DNA from: Chlorokybus atmophyticus
Taxonomy: Eukaryota; Plantae; Mesostigma and Chlorokybus algae
Assembly: GCA_009103225.1 (NCBI GenBank)
Contig: RHPI01003488.1
Span: 248,001-312,000 of the forward strand
Length of the DNA stretch: 64,000 bases
Direction: 5' to 3'
Shown in pieces: positions 23,781 through 35,500 of this stretch (positions are counted from its first letter, which is position 1; the number at the start of each line of letters is the position of its first letter). Made by a program: the position numbers and the translations under genes. Below the pieces are notes generated by a model, which saw nothing but the letters and a program-made list of their open reading frames with translations, was not told where the DNA came from and did not search any database.

Positions 23781-26700
23781 TGTTAAAGGAATGGAGTCAG
23801 CCGTTATCTTCATGTCACTTTTCTACGATCAACTTATCTTTTAGCAGTTATGGTCGACGGCAGTTACAGTCGTTACAAGTCAACTCTGGTCAACCTTTTA
23901 CTTTAACTAGTGGTTATGGAGGTTACAGGAGTTACGGGAGTTATGGAGGTTACGGGAGTTACGGTCAATTGCCGTTACACAAGTCACGCTTTGACTTTGA
24001 CCAGTGTGTACTAGTGTTGACTTTGACTAGTACCACATATAGTTGACTAGTGTACTATATAAGCCACTGTGTGTTGCTTATTCCAATAGATCCACTTTGC
24101 TCTATTTCTTGGCGCCACACTTTGTGCATTGTGTGCTTAGCTTGCTACTGTGCAATCTCTCAACAGGTTATGGGCCCACACTAGCACTAGCTACACAATA
24201 GGATAACAAGTTGGTGATTAGCTTGGGGAGGCGCCGTCTTCATTGCAACCTAGCAAGGGAAGCATGGCGACCAGCTATGACAAGGTGAACATTGAACCTC
24301 TGGACCTCGACAACTATGGGACATGGAGCATCCGGATGCAGATGCTACTCATGCACAAGGATCTATGGTCAGTGGTGGATCCCACAGAGCGCCCTCTCGA
24401 CATGGAGGACGCACCCACAAAAAGAAGGTCAAATCAGGCACTTGCTTTGATATGATTGAATGTAGTACAGCATCACTTAGCGCTTGTTGCACGTTGCAAG
24501 TCTGCTAGAGAGTTGTGGCAGAAGTTTGCTGAGGTTTACAAGGCTAAGAACAATGCTAGGAAGTTGCAGCTGAGGAAGCAGTTGAATGCTTTGAGGAAGG
24601 ATGTTGCTGAACCTGTCATCAAGTTCATCTCACGAGCCAGGCAGCTGTGGGACGACTTGCTTGCCATTGGACATGAAGTGAAGGAGGTGGAGGTGGTCTG
24701 GGTCATCCTTGCTGGCTTGCCCAAGGAGTTCGAGATGACTGTCACCATCATGGAGTCAACCAGTGAGGAGCTCACCCTCGAGGCCATCACCCCACGCCTA
24801 CTTCAGGTCGAGCAACGAGCATCCACTTCACGCCAGGACGAGGCTGAAGCTGTGGCATTCGCGGCACAATCCAATCCACGCCCCAACAACAACAACGGTG
24901 GTGGGAAGAAGGAGACGCGTACCTGCCACTACTGCAACAAGAAGGGACACCTAAAGAAGGACTGTCGAAAGTTGAAGCGCGATCAGCAACAGAAACAAGG
25001 TTCTGATAGACAAGCTGTAGCACTTGCTGCTAGCACCACTGCTATCGAAAGCGCTTGGTTGTTCGATTCTGCGTGCACACAGCATATGACCCCACACAGA
25101 CATGAGTTCCAGGAATATCATGCTCTGAGCGATGCTGCTGGTGTGAAAGTGAGCTTTGGCAACAAGCTGCACTTGCAAGCTGTGGGAGTGGGCACCGTCA
25201 TCCTACACACTGTGGTGGCGGGCGCTACACACGAAGTGGCCCTGAAGGAGGTGATCCATGTGCCAGGATTAGCTTCCAGCCTGTTCTCCGTTCGAAGAGC
25301 TACAAGCGCAGGCGCCAAAGTTGACTTCACTGCTCAGAAGTGTCAAGTCAAGGTGAACAACATTGTTGTTGTGGAGGGCACATTGCAAGAGAGCTTGTAC
25401 TGCATTACACTGGTTCGGCAGCATGCGTTGTCTGCGACAGTCACTGCATCGGACAAAGCTCATCTTTGGCACGGAAGACTTGGACATCTTGGATGGGACA
25501 ACCTGGCAAGACTGGTGGCTGAGGACATGGTGGAAGGGATCAACATCAAAGCGGAGGACATCAAGGCAGTAAAAGGTGATCTATGCGAGACGTGCGTGCT
25601 GAGCAAGATGCCTAGGCAGCCTTTTCCTACCTCTTCCCGCACCAGTACAGCACCCTTGCAGCTCGTGCACATGGATGTGTGCGGTCCCATGCCAGTTGCG
25701 TCCACTGGAGGGAGTTGGTACGTTGCCACTTTCATAGATGACTTCAGCAAGCTGTCTGCTATCATTCCAGTTGCTGCGAAGTCGGATGTTGCTGCTGTAG
25801 TCAAGAGGACACTCACTCAGCTGGCTACACAAGCAAAGACAAAGGTGTTGGCGTTGAAAAGTGATCGAGGCTCTGAGTATCTCAACCACACCTTGAAGAG
25901 CTACCTGGATGAGCACGGCATCAAGCATGAGACTACTGCACCCTACACCCCTGAGCAAAACGGTGCTGCGGAGCGTCTCAACCGCACGCTTGTGGAGCGC
26001 GTTCGTGCCATGCTTACAGATACAAAGCTGGACAAAGCTTTGTGGGCTGAGGCGTTTGTCACGGCCAATTACATCCGCAATAGGTCACCTACGAGCAACA
26101 GAGCCAAGACCCCGTGGGAGTTGCTCTACGGTGCGAAGCCTGATGTAACGCACATGCGTGTGTTTGGAGCCAAGGCGTATCCACACATCCCCAAGCAGCT
26201 AAGAAGGAAGCTTGAGAACGTGAGGGAGATGGGTGTCTTTGTTGGGTACGAGCCAAACTCCAAGGCGTACAGGATCTTGCTTGAGGACAGCAAGAAGATT
26301 GTGGTTCGAAGGGATGTTGTCTTCGACGAGAAGATGGTGGCGACTTCACCAACAACACCTTCTACGCCTGTGAACAATGACCTTGCTGAGGAGCCTGAGG
26401 TCATCACCACACCATCTGCCAACGTGGAGGTTCCTAATGGTGCGCCACACCTTGAGGAGGACGAGATTGCACCTGTGGATGAGCAGGAGAGGCGCTACCC
26501 TGTGAGAATCAGAGCGCCACCTCAATTTTACCAAAGGTTCCAGGCCATGAGCGCTGAAACCACTGAGGAGAAGGAGCCAAGCACCTACCATTAGGCCAAT
26601 ACAGCTCCAGATGCTGAGTTGTGGCGCAAGGCCATGGATGAGGAGATTGCTTCGCTACACGCCAACAAGACTTGGGTACTAGAGCAGGTTCCACAAGGCG

Positions 26701-28513
26701 TCAAGCCTATACCTGTCAAGTGGGTGTACAAGATTAAGCGTGACGGCAAGGGCAACATTGAGCGCTACAAGGCGCGACTTGTGGCAAAGGGCTTCCTACA
26801 GGAGGAGGGCGTTGACTACAAGGAGGTGTTTGCACCTGCCAGTAAGCACACAACCTTCAGGGCGCTACTTGCAAAAGTTGCTGTAGAGGACTTGGAGCTG
26901 CACCACCTGGACGTGAAGACTGCTTTTCTCTATGGAGAGTTGGATGAGCAGATCTACGTGCAGCAGCCTCAAGGTTACGAGGAGGGAGGCTCAGGAAAGG
27001 CTTGCTTGCTACATAAGGCTCTTTATGGGCTTAAGCAAGCGCCAAGAGTCTGGCACATTCGGCTCAGCAAGGAGCTAGAGAAGATGGGCGTTCAGCAGTC
27101 ATCATCAGATCCCGGGCTCTTCATCAGTGAAGACGGCCAAGTGTGGTTGCTGGTGTATGTGGACGACATCATCTTGGCATCAAACGACACTGCAGCGATG
27201 TCACACATCAAGGTGACACTGCAATCTGCTTTCGAGATTCGAGATCTTGGCGATGCACGCTTGTTTCTCGGCATTGTCATCACCAGAGACAGAGTTGCAA
27301 GGACAATCAAGATCACCCAGAAACAAATGGTCTTGGATGTACTCAAGAAGTTCAAGTTGCAAGACGCCAAGGGCAAGGCAACACCACTGAGCGTGGGAGT
27401 ACATCTACTCAAGGCACAGGACACTACCACTGTGCTTGACAAGGCTACATATCCATATGGTGAGCTAGTTGGGAGCCTCATCTACTTGTCCATCAGCACA
27501 AGGCCTGACATCGCACAAGCCGTGGGAGTCTTGGCGAGACACATGTCAGCACCAACCATGGAGCACTGGAGGGCGGCAAAAGGAGTTCTTCGCTACCTTG
27601 GCAGCACCTTGAACGTGGGTATCACTTTTGGGAGGACAACAGATATTGCATTACAGGGTTATTGTGATGCGGACTATGCGGGGGACCTCGACACAAGGAA
27701 ATCTACCACAGGATACACTTTCCTGATGGGAGGAGGCGTCGTCAGCTGGAACAGCCGATTACAGCCTACCGTTGCTGCATCAACCACTGAGGCCGAGTAC
27801 ATGGCGGCTTCATCTGCAGTAAAGGAAGCATTGTGGCTTCGCAAGCTTATTACTGACTTGGGACATGTGCTGAGCTGTGTCACAATCCTTTGTGACAACC
27901 AGGGCGCACTCAAGTTGAGTATGCACCCCATTACATCCACCAGGACAAAGCATATTGACACTATGCACCACATGGTGAGAGAGAGAGTTGCACGTGGTGA
28001 AGTGGAGTTCAAGTATTGCAGTACAGAGGACATGCTAGCTGACTGCATGACCAAGCCACTTCCACCCAACAAGTTCAAAACCTGCTGCATCGGACTTGGA
28101 GTACAAGGTTAAGTTGCTCGCGTGGGAGTGTTAAAGGAATGGAGTCAGCCGTTATCTTCATGTCACTTTTCTACGATCAACTTATCTTTTAGCAGTTATG
28201 GTCAACGGCAGTTACAGTCGTTACAAGTCAACTCTGGTCAACCTTTTACTTTGACTAGTGGTTATGGAGGTTACAGGAGTTACGGGAGTTATGGAGGTTA
28301 CGGGAGTTACGGTCAATTGCCGTTACACAAGTCACGCTTTGACTTTGACCAGTGTGTACTAGTGTTGACTTTGACTAGTACCACATATAGTTGACTAGTG
28401 TACTATATAAGCCACTGTATGTTGCTTATTCCAATAGATCCACTTTGCTCTATTTCTTGGCGCCACACTTTGTGCATTGTGTGCTTAGCTTGCTACTGTG
28501 CAATCTCTCAACA
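23781..28513 (+). mobile_element. Full-length Ty1/Copia LTR retrotransposon (family A), young
   Basis: 385-bp LTRs at 23781-24165 and 28129-28513 with only 3 differences seen. PBS GGTTATGGGCCCA at 24166; PPT-like CGCGTGGGAG before 28129; TSD GCGTG / ACGTG. Confidence 0.97.
24264..28112 (+). pseudogene. Copia gag-pol polyprotein (gag, CCHC knuckle, protease, GAG-pre-integrase, integrase, RT, RNase H) in one frame with two premature stops
   Basis: CHYCNKKGHLKKDC, WLFDSAC, WHGRLGH, VHMDVCGP, KSDRGSEY, YKARLVAKG, YVDD, YCDADYAGD and TKHID. In-frame stops TGA 24453-24455 and TAG 26592-26594. Confidence 0.96.
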
Positions 28514-28842
28514 ACGTGTGCACACACTAAGGAAAAGTGCAGCAAGCACGCCAACTATAGAGACAATGCGCGACCCATTGTATTAAGCAATATACAGTGT
28601 CTTATATACTATGCTACTAAGCACTAGTCAACTCTAGTCAACTCTGGTGAAAGTCAACACTAGTCAACACTAGTCAATGGTCAAAGTCAACGGTCAAAGT
28701 TAAAATTGATCATGGTTGGCCATAACTGCCATAACTCCCGTACCTCTCATAACTCCCGTGACTATAAAGGTTAAGCTGATCATACCAACTACATGTACGC
28801 GCCGCCTATACGTGTACTTTCAACAAGCTATAACATTTAACA

Positions 28843-30070
28843 TAGTGCATGCGCATGCGTGCGAGACTTGAAAGCCTGCATGCGACTATCCTATTGTACT
28901 TGACTTGATTGGTGTTTGCGTGTGAGCAAAATGCGTCGACGGCAGCAATTGCAAGTCCTTTTGCTCGAGGCCGGTGTCCACGGGGCTGTGGAACACTCCC
29001 CCGCTGTAGTGCATCAAGCGAATCAATTGCGTCCTCGACGCAGACACATGCTGCCACAAGTGCAAGGCCAACCTCGCTTGCTGAGCATACCATACCGGCG
29101 ACGGCCGCTACAACAAGGTGTGTGCGTGCGACCCATAAGGCGCAACAGCGCATGCATGCACACACGCAGGCACGTATGTATATATGTCTCACATGCTCTA
29201 TTGCCTGCAGGTGTGCAAGCTCTTTAATTGCGGGAAGAGTTCCCACGCATGCTCTAGGGACGCTCACCTTAACAAAAGCAATGACGCATGGGTTGCTGGC
29301 AAGATGTGCAAGTAGTAGTGGTACACGACACCCACACAACTCGGTTCTCGCAACACTGCCCCCTGCAAGCTGAAAAGAGAATGAGTACATCATGGTACAG
29401 CATGGTAGGAATAAGCACTAGACTCTTAGAGTATAGCTCGGCTAGGATGGGTGATGAGACACCGCACGTGCGGCAACTTCATATAATGGGGTATACAAGT
29501 GGATTGATGAATAATGTCATGTGGCATGTGCCATATTGGCGATACAGTCGCGTGCATTGCGTGGTTGTCGCTGTCACGCTGACGGCAGTTGCAACCAATT
29601 GCTAGGGCAGATGCTGATAACACATTGGGCAATACAAGCTTGGCTACAAGCAATTCATGTGGCGCACAAATCAACAGAAGCGCTACGGTATGTGTATATA
29701 CATGATCGGTTGAAGCCAAATACTCTGTGCCATGCAAGTACCATGCATCCGGCATTGCTTCGCACCTCGTGTAGTGTTATAGACTCCAAAGTGCCATGCA
29801 TATCAACACGGTCACCTGGTGAGCAGCAATTGAAAGGAGGACACCCTATGGGTATGTGAGGTCTGTGCACTAACCCCTGAGCGTACAACATGAACACGAC
29901 ATGCGCGTCCTCGCAATGTCATCATTATTTGGTGCGCCCATCGCGCCATATTCGCGGCCGCGTTGCCAGCCGAACAGCAGCCTGCAGGTGATACCCTAGA
30001 CGTGCCGCATGTCTGGCCCAATAGGGCGGCCGAAGATGGACGAAGTGCTTGCGCCACATATAATGCGCGC
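28843..30070 (+). pseudogene. Continuation of the decayed duplicate: PAN-domain exons with stops, 3' region and LPAAT 3' fragments
   Basis: Colinear with ~41770-43380. 29826-29938 and ~30020-30065 match the reverse complement of LPAAT 3' sequence; 29941-30010 matches 52137-52205 directly. Confidence 0.85.
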
Positions 30071-31540
30071 TGTTGAGAACTAATGATGCGCCTAGTGTGT
30101 GTGTATTCGCCTCTTACATATAAGCATGCACACACCACGGACAAGTGCAGCAAGCACGCCAGCTACAGAGGCAATGTGCGACCCACTATGTTAAGCAATA
30201 TACAGTGTCTTATATACTACGCTACCAAGCACTAGTCAACTTTAGTCAATTCTGGTCAAAGTCAACACTAGTCAACATTAGTCGACGGTCAAAGTTAAAG
30301 TTGATCATGGTTGACCATAACTGCCGTAACTCCCGTAACTCTCATAACTCCCGTAACTATACAGGTTAAGCTGATCGTACCAATTACATGTAGGCGCCGC
30401 CTATACATGTACTTTCAACAAGCTATAACACTCCCACGCGAGCAGCTTGACCTTGAACTCCAAGTTCTTCTCGCAAGCTTACCCACATTAACTTACTTTA
30501 TTGAACACTCCCACGGATGTGTTGCTGCCACGAACTTGATGCTTGTCTCCGTGAAACCATCCTTCTCCTCGTGCTGCCAGCAAGATAACAATGTTTAAAT
30601 ACTCCTTGTTTCCTCCTCATAGTATTCGCATCAAGTTCCACCACGCCACGCCTGACCTTGCTCCGGTGGTTTCGGAGACTCCCACAATGGCCAACTATGC
30701 TATAAACTACACCGAGTTCTCTACCTTAGCAATGCTGTACCAGAGTGTAGGCCGTGCAAGGGTTGATCAGACCCTTCTAATAAGGAAAGCACCCCTCCCA
30801 TCTCCTGTTGGCTAGCTATACAACTCACTCACTCACTCCTTGCATGCCGATCAATTGAAGTGTTCTAACCAGTGCCGCACATCTGTGTGCTACCAAAAAC
30901 AACTCCATATCAATGCAACCTCTAGTGTATGCAGCTCAACACCAGCAACTACTCATAGGCTAGCAGTATCTCTCATAGACCTTTGTGTCTGCGACCTCCA
31001 TGTACGCATGTTCTTCACGCGCCCTTGCAGTGGGAGAGGACGGACGAACACCATCTACTGCAACTCCTTGAGGTCCTCACCAATGCTAAAGAGCAATCGC
31101 CATTGTGGCGTGCTTCTCTTTGGTTGCCTCATTGTAGATCCTCTCCTGGCACTCGCGAATGAGGTGGCCCTTCATCTTGCAGTAGTGACACTCTTTGTCA
31201 CGTGATGGCTTCCCACCACCTGCTTTGCTCCTGCTTCGTGTGTGTTGAGAAGATAAGGCAGCAAGTGCAATAGGTTCTCCACCATTCTTTATCTCCTGAA
31301 CATCCGACTTGCCTTCCACAGCTAGCAGCTTAGGCACTACATCAGCAAACTTCAAAGCCACATCTGAGGACTCCAACACAGTCACTAGCGTAGCAAAGCT
31401 CTTTCCTAAGCCAGGTAAGACTGCCCACATCACCTCCTCTTCTTTCACATCGTGGCCCACTGCTGCAAGGTCTTGCCAAAGCTCCCCTGCACGCGAGTTG
31501 TACTTCTGGATTGGCTCTTTGTGCTCCATCCTCAGAAGTC
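30071..31540 (-). mobile_element. Non-autonomous Copia derivative (family B, copy 3), truncated at an assembly gap
   Basis: 3' LTR 30071-30430, PPT, and the same internal mosaic as copy 2; gag with knuckle CHYCKMKGHLIREC. Confidence 0.9.
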
Positions 31541-31560
31541 GGGGGGGGGGGGGGGGGGGN
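31541..31560. other. Poly-G run plus N: assembly join or gap
   Basis: 19 G followed by n at 31560; the sequence changes abruptly across it. Confidence 0.9.
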
Positions 31561-31751
31561 TGCCCATGCACAGCCGACACGCATTTACTATGTTGGCTTG
31601 CACATCATCAGCATCTGTCAGCTGCCGCGCATGCATCAGCAAGGCTGCTGACGCTTAAGCCTTAGTTGATCTCAACTTGCCTCCATCAAGTTCGAGGCGG
31701 GCTCCCTACCGCTTGCTCGGCCTTGCGGGTTAGCCTCATTGTCTGAACCAA

Positions 31752-31754
<3 letters not shown>

Positions 31755-31783
<29 letters not shown>
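31755..31783. repeat. (CT)n microsatellite
   Basis: Direct observation. Confidence 0.9.
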
Positions 31784-31784
<1 letters not shown>

Positions 31785-32566
31785 TGCTGCCGCCTGGCCG
31801 CCTGGCCAGCCTTGGCCAAAGTAGGTAAGCTGGTCTTTTACTGGCTGACTTGCGCACGCATAAGCACCATCGTAGTCAAGAGAGAAAAGGCCTGCTACTA
31901 ATTGCTGCATTACTCGTCTTGTTTAGGTGCAATGCTAACCAACCGATAAAAACCGGTCTCTAATACACTTTTTCGCGTGTGCCTGTGCGAGTGTAGTAGG
32001 GGGGCATAATGAAGGCAGACACAGCTTCAGCAACAACGACGCTGACGCCGTGGTGGCGGCTTATTGTCCTTGTCGCAGTTCTGGCCATGCATGCTGACAC
32101 GTGTACAGCGCAAGGCGAGACCTATCCGCAGCAGCTTCACGTCCTGGCGCAAGTGTCACGCCTATAAGGCTGGCAAAAGTCACTCTCTGTCCCTTACTTA
32201 TGTTGTAGGAAGAGACCAAGTGGGTTTTCCATTCCATAAGCATGTGTAGTGCTCGTGGGGTGCGCTCTCATGTAGGTCTACTCTTGAGCCTGTATGGCCC
32301 TGAGTGTGATGAACTACACAAGGCATTAATGAGGGCTAGCACAATGCTAGTGAGTGCCTGAGGCCTTTGGCCCAAACCTATGAGTTGCCACAGGATGTGA
32401 CAGCTCTAACAACGAAAGCCATGTTGGCAAACTACATGATGATACCGCAGTAGTGCGATTTGCCACTGTGATGACAGTCGCAAGGCTAAGTGATGCTTGT
32501 GGGTAATCCACAAGTACTGTACTAGGAGAGCCTATGTTTGTGGTTCCAAGGTAGGATTGTTCCTCC

Positions 32567-35500
32567 TGTAACGGAGTGCTACCGCTATGCGGTTCCCCGC
32601 CCTTATCTAATGACAATAAAGGGTCCCAACGGGATAAATACAGCCATTAAAGTCGTGTTAAGGCCTTTATAGGCCCTAATAAGGTGTTAAGTTATGTAAC
32701 ACCGACACGCTGCTAACGCAGAGCGCCATAGCCAGGGGATCTTTCGTTCCCCTAACTGCTAGCGGCGGCGGCGGCGGCGACGTGGCTGTGGTGGTGTTGG
32801 GGTAGGGGATTAAAGGGGCGGTAGCACCCCTTCTTACATTTGGTATTGAAGCGGGGGCGTGGGGGCTTGAGGGGGCGGCGACAGCTTTGGCGGCGGCGGG
32901 GCGCAGAGGCGGCAGTCGGCACTGCTCAGTGCCGACGTCAGGCCGGCGGCCTGACAGCGGCGGCAGCGGCGGCAGCTAGCAGCCGCTACCCATTAGGGTG
33001 GGTAGTGGTAGTTGTTAGCTAGTTGTTATTGTTGTATAGTTGTATAACTGTATAGTTGCTGCTGTTGGTGTAGCCTAGCCTAGCCTTGCCTTACCTTGCT
33101 TGCTTAGCCTAGCCTAGCTTGTTAGTGTGAAGGGGAGGCGGCCACTTAGGCAGCCTCACCTCAAGTATTGCATCTCAGCACATCACTTGTAACTAAATCA
33201 CATTATCACTTGTGACTGTGCTAGTGGTTGGGGCTGCCACCACTTGGATTCGTGGTGGTGTCAGGGGGGGTTGTGGTTGTTTACACTTCTCCCACCCCAA
33301 GAGAGCAGTCTAACGCCAACTTGGGATGTTTTGGCCGCCATTCTGTGCGGTAGCGCCGCCAGAATCATTCTGGGTGGTCGATAAAAAACCCTCAACTCAC
33401 ACCTGGTTGACATCGGCCTATAAGGTTGATTCAACAAGAGTTTGGCACCTTTTGTGTTATTGACAATTGTGAGTTGAGCAGGGTTGTACAAAGTGAAAAC
33501 TTTGAGTTGTTGTAGCTCGTGAACCGTCGCGTGGATTGTTTGCAAGCGAGTGTCTTGTTTAGAGGTGTTGGGCAGTCATTTTACGTGCTGTTTAACCGAA
33601 GTATAGCACCTTCAAATCAACGAAAACAACAACAACACATTCTGACACTTTCAGAGTGCACAACTTGTGTGCTTGTGCACTCATGCACTTGTAAAACTTT
33701 TGAAGGCTTGTCACCTTAGGCAGATGTTTCACCAAGGAGACGAAGGAGGGATGTAACCCGTACCTGAGGATTCATCCTATGAGCCATCAAGTGATGAGGA
33801 AGTGAAGCATTCATAAACGAGTGGTGGTTACAGTGTCGGTGAGGAGGAAGAAGCCAAGTCAAAGAGTGGTGAAGCTTCCTCAGAGAAGTCCTCTCATGAT
33901 GACCAACCTATGGACGCTTAGAGCATCATCGGGGCGGCCATAGCGAAGTACGCATCAGAGCGTGAAGCTCTTCTTGCTGCACACCCCCAGCTTCGTAAGG
34001 AAGTGTGGGATGAGTGGGCGCAGCAAGTGCGTAACGCATATAAGACGCACTTCGCGGCACTCCCGCGTGCAAGCAAAGAGATGGTGATTCGCATGATCGA
34101 GCACAAGTTTACGCGTAATTTACCGCAACTCATGCGCACAGATCCGGCAGTGGCCACTCTTATGGCTACTTATGACAAATCAGGCCCGTAGCCAGGCGAG
34201 AGGATGGCGTTTGAGGCTCTCACCTTATTGACGGTGGAAACTCTGAAGCGTTGCAAGGACCTATTCTGGTACTTAGGGCCTGAGCTGGAGGAGAAGTTAG
34301 CTCGAGAAGAGCGCTTAACTGCACGCCTCGAAGTTATGCAGTCCGAGTTGGTGGCATTACGCTAGCAGGTGGCAAGGGCTACTACTGTAGTAGGGACATC
34401 AGTTGGCCTACCCGTCATAGCGCTGAACAAGCTCGAGAAGTTCAAGCCCAATGGGGCTGTGAACATTTATGATTGGGTGGTGAATGTAAAGCGCTACTTG
34501 GCTGCACTTCAACGACCAGTTAGTGAGCATACATCTGTTGCTGAGTTGCTCATGCCACCTGACGCTTTCGCCGGATGGGCGCGTCAAACAAAGGATGGTG
34601 CTTCCAAGACTGTGGAGGCATTGTTTCAGTTTTTGGTCGAGCGCTATGGTGGCAAGGACCCGGCTACTGCTGCTCGCAACAAGGTTACCAAGTTGCGCCA
34701 AAATGGTCGGGCGCCTTCAGTGTACTTGAAGGAGTTTCAAGCATTTGTTGGCCGTGTCAACAGTTGGCTCATGCCCATGGACAAGGCTGAGCAGTTTAAC
34801 CTGTACAAGCGCGGCTTAGATGCGCGCTTGCGCGACTAGTTGCAGTACAACACGTCGACAGAGCAACCGCGGGTTCCCGCGGACCTCGCAACCTTGCAGA
34901 GGTTGAGTGTGTATCCGTTCAACGATGATGCTGCGGCTGTGCAGGACAAGTTACAGGAGGTGGCTTCAGTCAAGCCACATGGGGGAGGGGGGAAGCGGTT
35001 CCCTCCACCAAATGCGCATGCGGCAAAAAAGGCCAAAACCTTATACGCACCTGCGAGTGGTGCCACGCCTATTCTAGCACGCGCCTGCTACCATCAGTCA
35101 GGTCACATTGCGAAGAACTGCCCAACCAAGGGAATGGGCAATGTCAAGAAGGTTGAATAGGATTACATCGTGACTGATGTACCTTCATCTGGTGGCCAGT
35201 TGCTAATGTTGCATATGCATACAGCAAACTGTTTTGATGAATTGTCTCGTGTACATGTAATGACACATGCATGGCAAGCACATGATAAGCTGCCACTTTT
35301 TGATAGTGAAAAGTTGGATGACCAGGCTTGTGTGCTAGTGCATGTTGAATGTAACATGCTTATAGAAGTTTTGCGCACATTGTGTGAGTTACAAAAGAGA
35401 CACACGACACTGAGTGTGATTGTCACGGTGCCCAAGTATCATGGACCGTGGCTAAAGCATACTCGGGGGGGAAATGTGTTACAACAATCCACAAAGCGTG

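Larger units (their letters stand above)
23725..28842 (-). mobile_element. Solo LTR of family B, split by the family A Copia element
   Basis: Halves 23725-23780 and 28514-28842 rejoin into a complete B LTR. Flanked by TAGCG / TAGTG (5-bp TSD, 1 mismatch). Confidence 0.9.

Noticed and set aside
23900-23970. CRISPR-like or peptide-coding array (GYGGYRSYGSY)
   Set aside because: These are 9-bp tandem units inside LTRs, with no spacers and no cas genes; the context is eukaryotic.
24264-28112. Alternative genetic code (TAA/TAG = Gln, as in some ulvophytes) suggested by the in-frame TAG in Copia pol and other TE frames
   Set aside because: The reconstructed host exons contain no in-frame TAA/TAG and use CAA/CAG for Gln, and the TE frames also contain TGA stops and frameshifts, so this is ordinary decay.
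31541-31560. G-quadruplex or poly-Pro coding insert in gag
   Set aside because: The poly-G abuts an N and is most likely a sequencing or assembly artefact.
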